A stretch of DNA of 64,000 nt from Tubiluchus corallicola. Taxonomy: Eukaryota; Animalia; Priapulida. This document shows, piece after piece, positions 61,977-64,000 of this stretch. The notes beneath the pieces are model-generated. The model ran no database searches. It saw only the letters and a list, made by a program, of their open reading frames with translations, and was not told the DNA's origin. Every line of letters starts with the position of its first letter. Positions within the stretch are counted from its first letter, which is position 1. A program made the translations under genes and the position numbers. The stretch spans positions 664,907-728,906 of the forward strand of contig JAQGDQ010000025.1 in assembly GCA_030141605.1 (NCBI GenBank). Direction: 5' to 3'.

Positions 61977-64000
61977 GGCTCCCCATCTCACAGCATCCAT
62001 TTCAAATGAAGAAATGCCAAAGTTGTTTCTGTTTGATTGTAATCATGAGCATTTCACATGAAAGAAACCACTTAGCTTATCATTCTAGTTAGGTTTCTGC
62101 TTGTGCCTGTTACTCTAGGGCTGTCTTTATTGTATTGAGTTAACACAGTGACTCCAGCCTGGCTATGTTATCTCCGAAGCTCCTTATTGAGGATAATCTG
62201 TAACCTCAGTTTATGAGATATGAAATACTTCTTCACAATGTCAGGAAATGTTTATTACATAAACATATAAGTTCTGGTCTTTGGATATATATATTTTATC
62301 ATGTACTAATCCATCATACAAAATTGTAGCTATACCATTTACCATTATAATGTAGTAGGTCTCATTTCTTTCTTGATCTACTAATATGATTACTAATTAA
62401 CTATTATGATAAACCCTAAATCATAATAATTACATGCATATTTTAATCAATTGTTATTGGTTTTTTCTCAGGCAAACAGTACTATGACGTATTAAAGCAG
62501 CAGCAATAATATTTACATTCTTATTTGGATCTGAAAATAAAGATAGGATTTTTGAATTTGGGACAAACTTTAACTCCTTGCATAAGTGTAAGCGTTTGCT
62601 GCATTTTGCCTTCGGTTCATGAAAAACTGCTCTCACTAAGCAGCAATTACGTTATATTTGATAATTATACAATGGATCTCCTCACACAATGGATCTTCGT
62701 GCAAAATTATATATGAAATGCATGTGCTTACCTTAGTCAAATTAAAAATCGACTTTTGACAAAAAAATTGAAAAAAGCTTTCAGTAACTGCAGTGTTTGC
62801 ACAGTAACTTTTTGGCAGATCGGTTCACTTTTCCTGGAATTCTGTACAGGGGACGGTTCTCTTGGCTGTTACAGTAGCAAGCAAGCGATAATCAACAAAA
62901 TAGTGTGTACGATTACACAAGTGTACGTTAGACTAAGCTACTCCATTGACTAAGTTGGAGTGTCTGAAAAGCGCATGTTTTTCGTAATTTTATCCAATGA
63001 AATCACTTATAAATTGCTAAACAAATAGCAGCTAACCAAGATTCTCCTGAATTTAACAGTACCTAATTTATAATCATTTAGTTATGACTGTACTCATACA
63101 GTAGCAGAAAAGTTACAGGTCTTATAAGACCTATTTTGAATGGTGCGGTCGTGAAGGAGTTAAAGACCAGTCCCTACTTTACAACTTACACACAGTCATA
63201 CCTCTTTATACCCCCACTTTGGGACTCTGGAAAAAGTTGGCATTGAGTGTGTTTGGCATTATAATCAGGTGCATTAATACATGCATGTTTATGCAAATAT
63301 AGACATTTTGTTTTCCTAAAAATTTGGGCATTAAGCAAGGTTGCCATTATAAAGGGGGGGGCATTATGACAAGGTTTGACTGCACATTTAAAATGTACAA
63401 CATTTTTTCTTTGCTTTTGACAACTGTTGTGCTACTGATGCACTTGCATTCTTGGCAGTTACCCTGACTGACTTAAGTATAGTGGAACAGAATCCCAATT
63501 TAATCATTCTACTCAGTATGTATGTAGCCCAACAATTAGAAGTAATTCCTAGAATTATCAGTTCTGTTTTTAGGAGATTCTTGCTAATGTCACTTATTTC
63601 CCATTAAGAAAGATGTTCACGTTGACCTGACTTGCAGCACTGGTTGTAATTCATTTGAATTAATGTCTATCTTTACTCCCGGTAGCCACTGTTATTTACG
63701 TTAATTTACGAAGCAGTTTGATTAGATAATGATACATCTAAATTAGAGAAGATTTTGTTTTGTGCTTTCTTGATAAGATGACAATGCTGAGTTTCACTAT
63801 TAAGTTCTGTAATTACCTATAAAATCTTCTTGCATCCTTCCTTTATGATTAATATTATCTCCAGGCTTTCAGAATCAGTCTGTACACCGTCAGTAATTGT
63901 GCCCTTAAAAGTATTATTACTTCCTTGCTGCAACACGTTCATTATGAAGCAAGGCTTGTAATTGATTGCCCAGGAGCAGTAACTAGCTACCTAGGCTGTG

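Noticed and set aside
61255-64000. Search for GALC exon 3 (PNFGASL..LKVEIGGD)
   Set aside because: Not found by eye; presumed to lie beyond the window.

Overview
AT-rich, intron-rich animal (invertebrate bilaterian, probably lophotrochozoan; inferred) genomic DNA. It holds four spliced genes: MIC60/mitofilin (IMMT, minus strand, 3' part runs off the left edge), head-to-head with MRPL35 (plus strand, 3 coding exons); a secreted two-Ig-domain IMP-L2/ZIG-like gene (minus strand, 8 coding exons); and the first two exons of galactocerebrosidase (GALC, plus strand). The 10-kb first intron of MRPL35 contains three tandem, same-strand, intronless class A GPCR ORFs plus a templated copy of part of the MRPL35 last exon. 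Each GPCR is preceded by a conserved splice acceptor and a 100-nt leader that is open in the MRPL35 exon-1 frame and stops in an ATGA overlap with the GPCR start. This suggests a shared-first-exon, microprotein+GPCR bicistronic arrangement (hypothesis). GALC intron 1 carries an RTE-derived non-autonomous retroelement whose 5' end is a twister ribozyme fold starting at the cleavage site. The rest is dense in hAT/Merlin/Harbinger-like MITEs, LINE fragments (including a 2.5-kb CR1/L2-type copy nested in a MITE) and simple repeats. All gene models were built by eye from GT-AG sites and phase consistency; no database searches were run.
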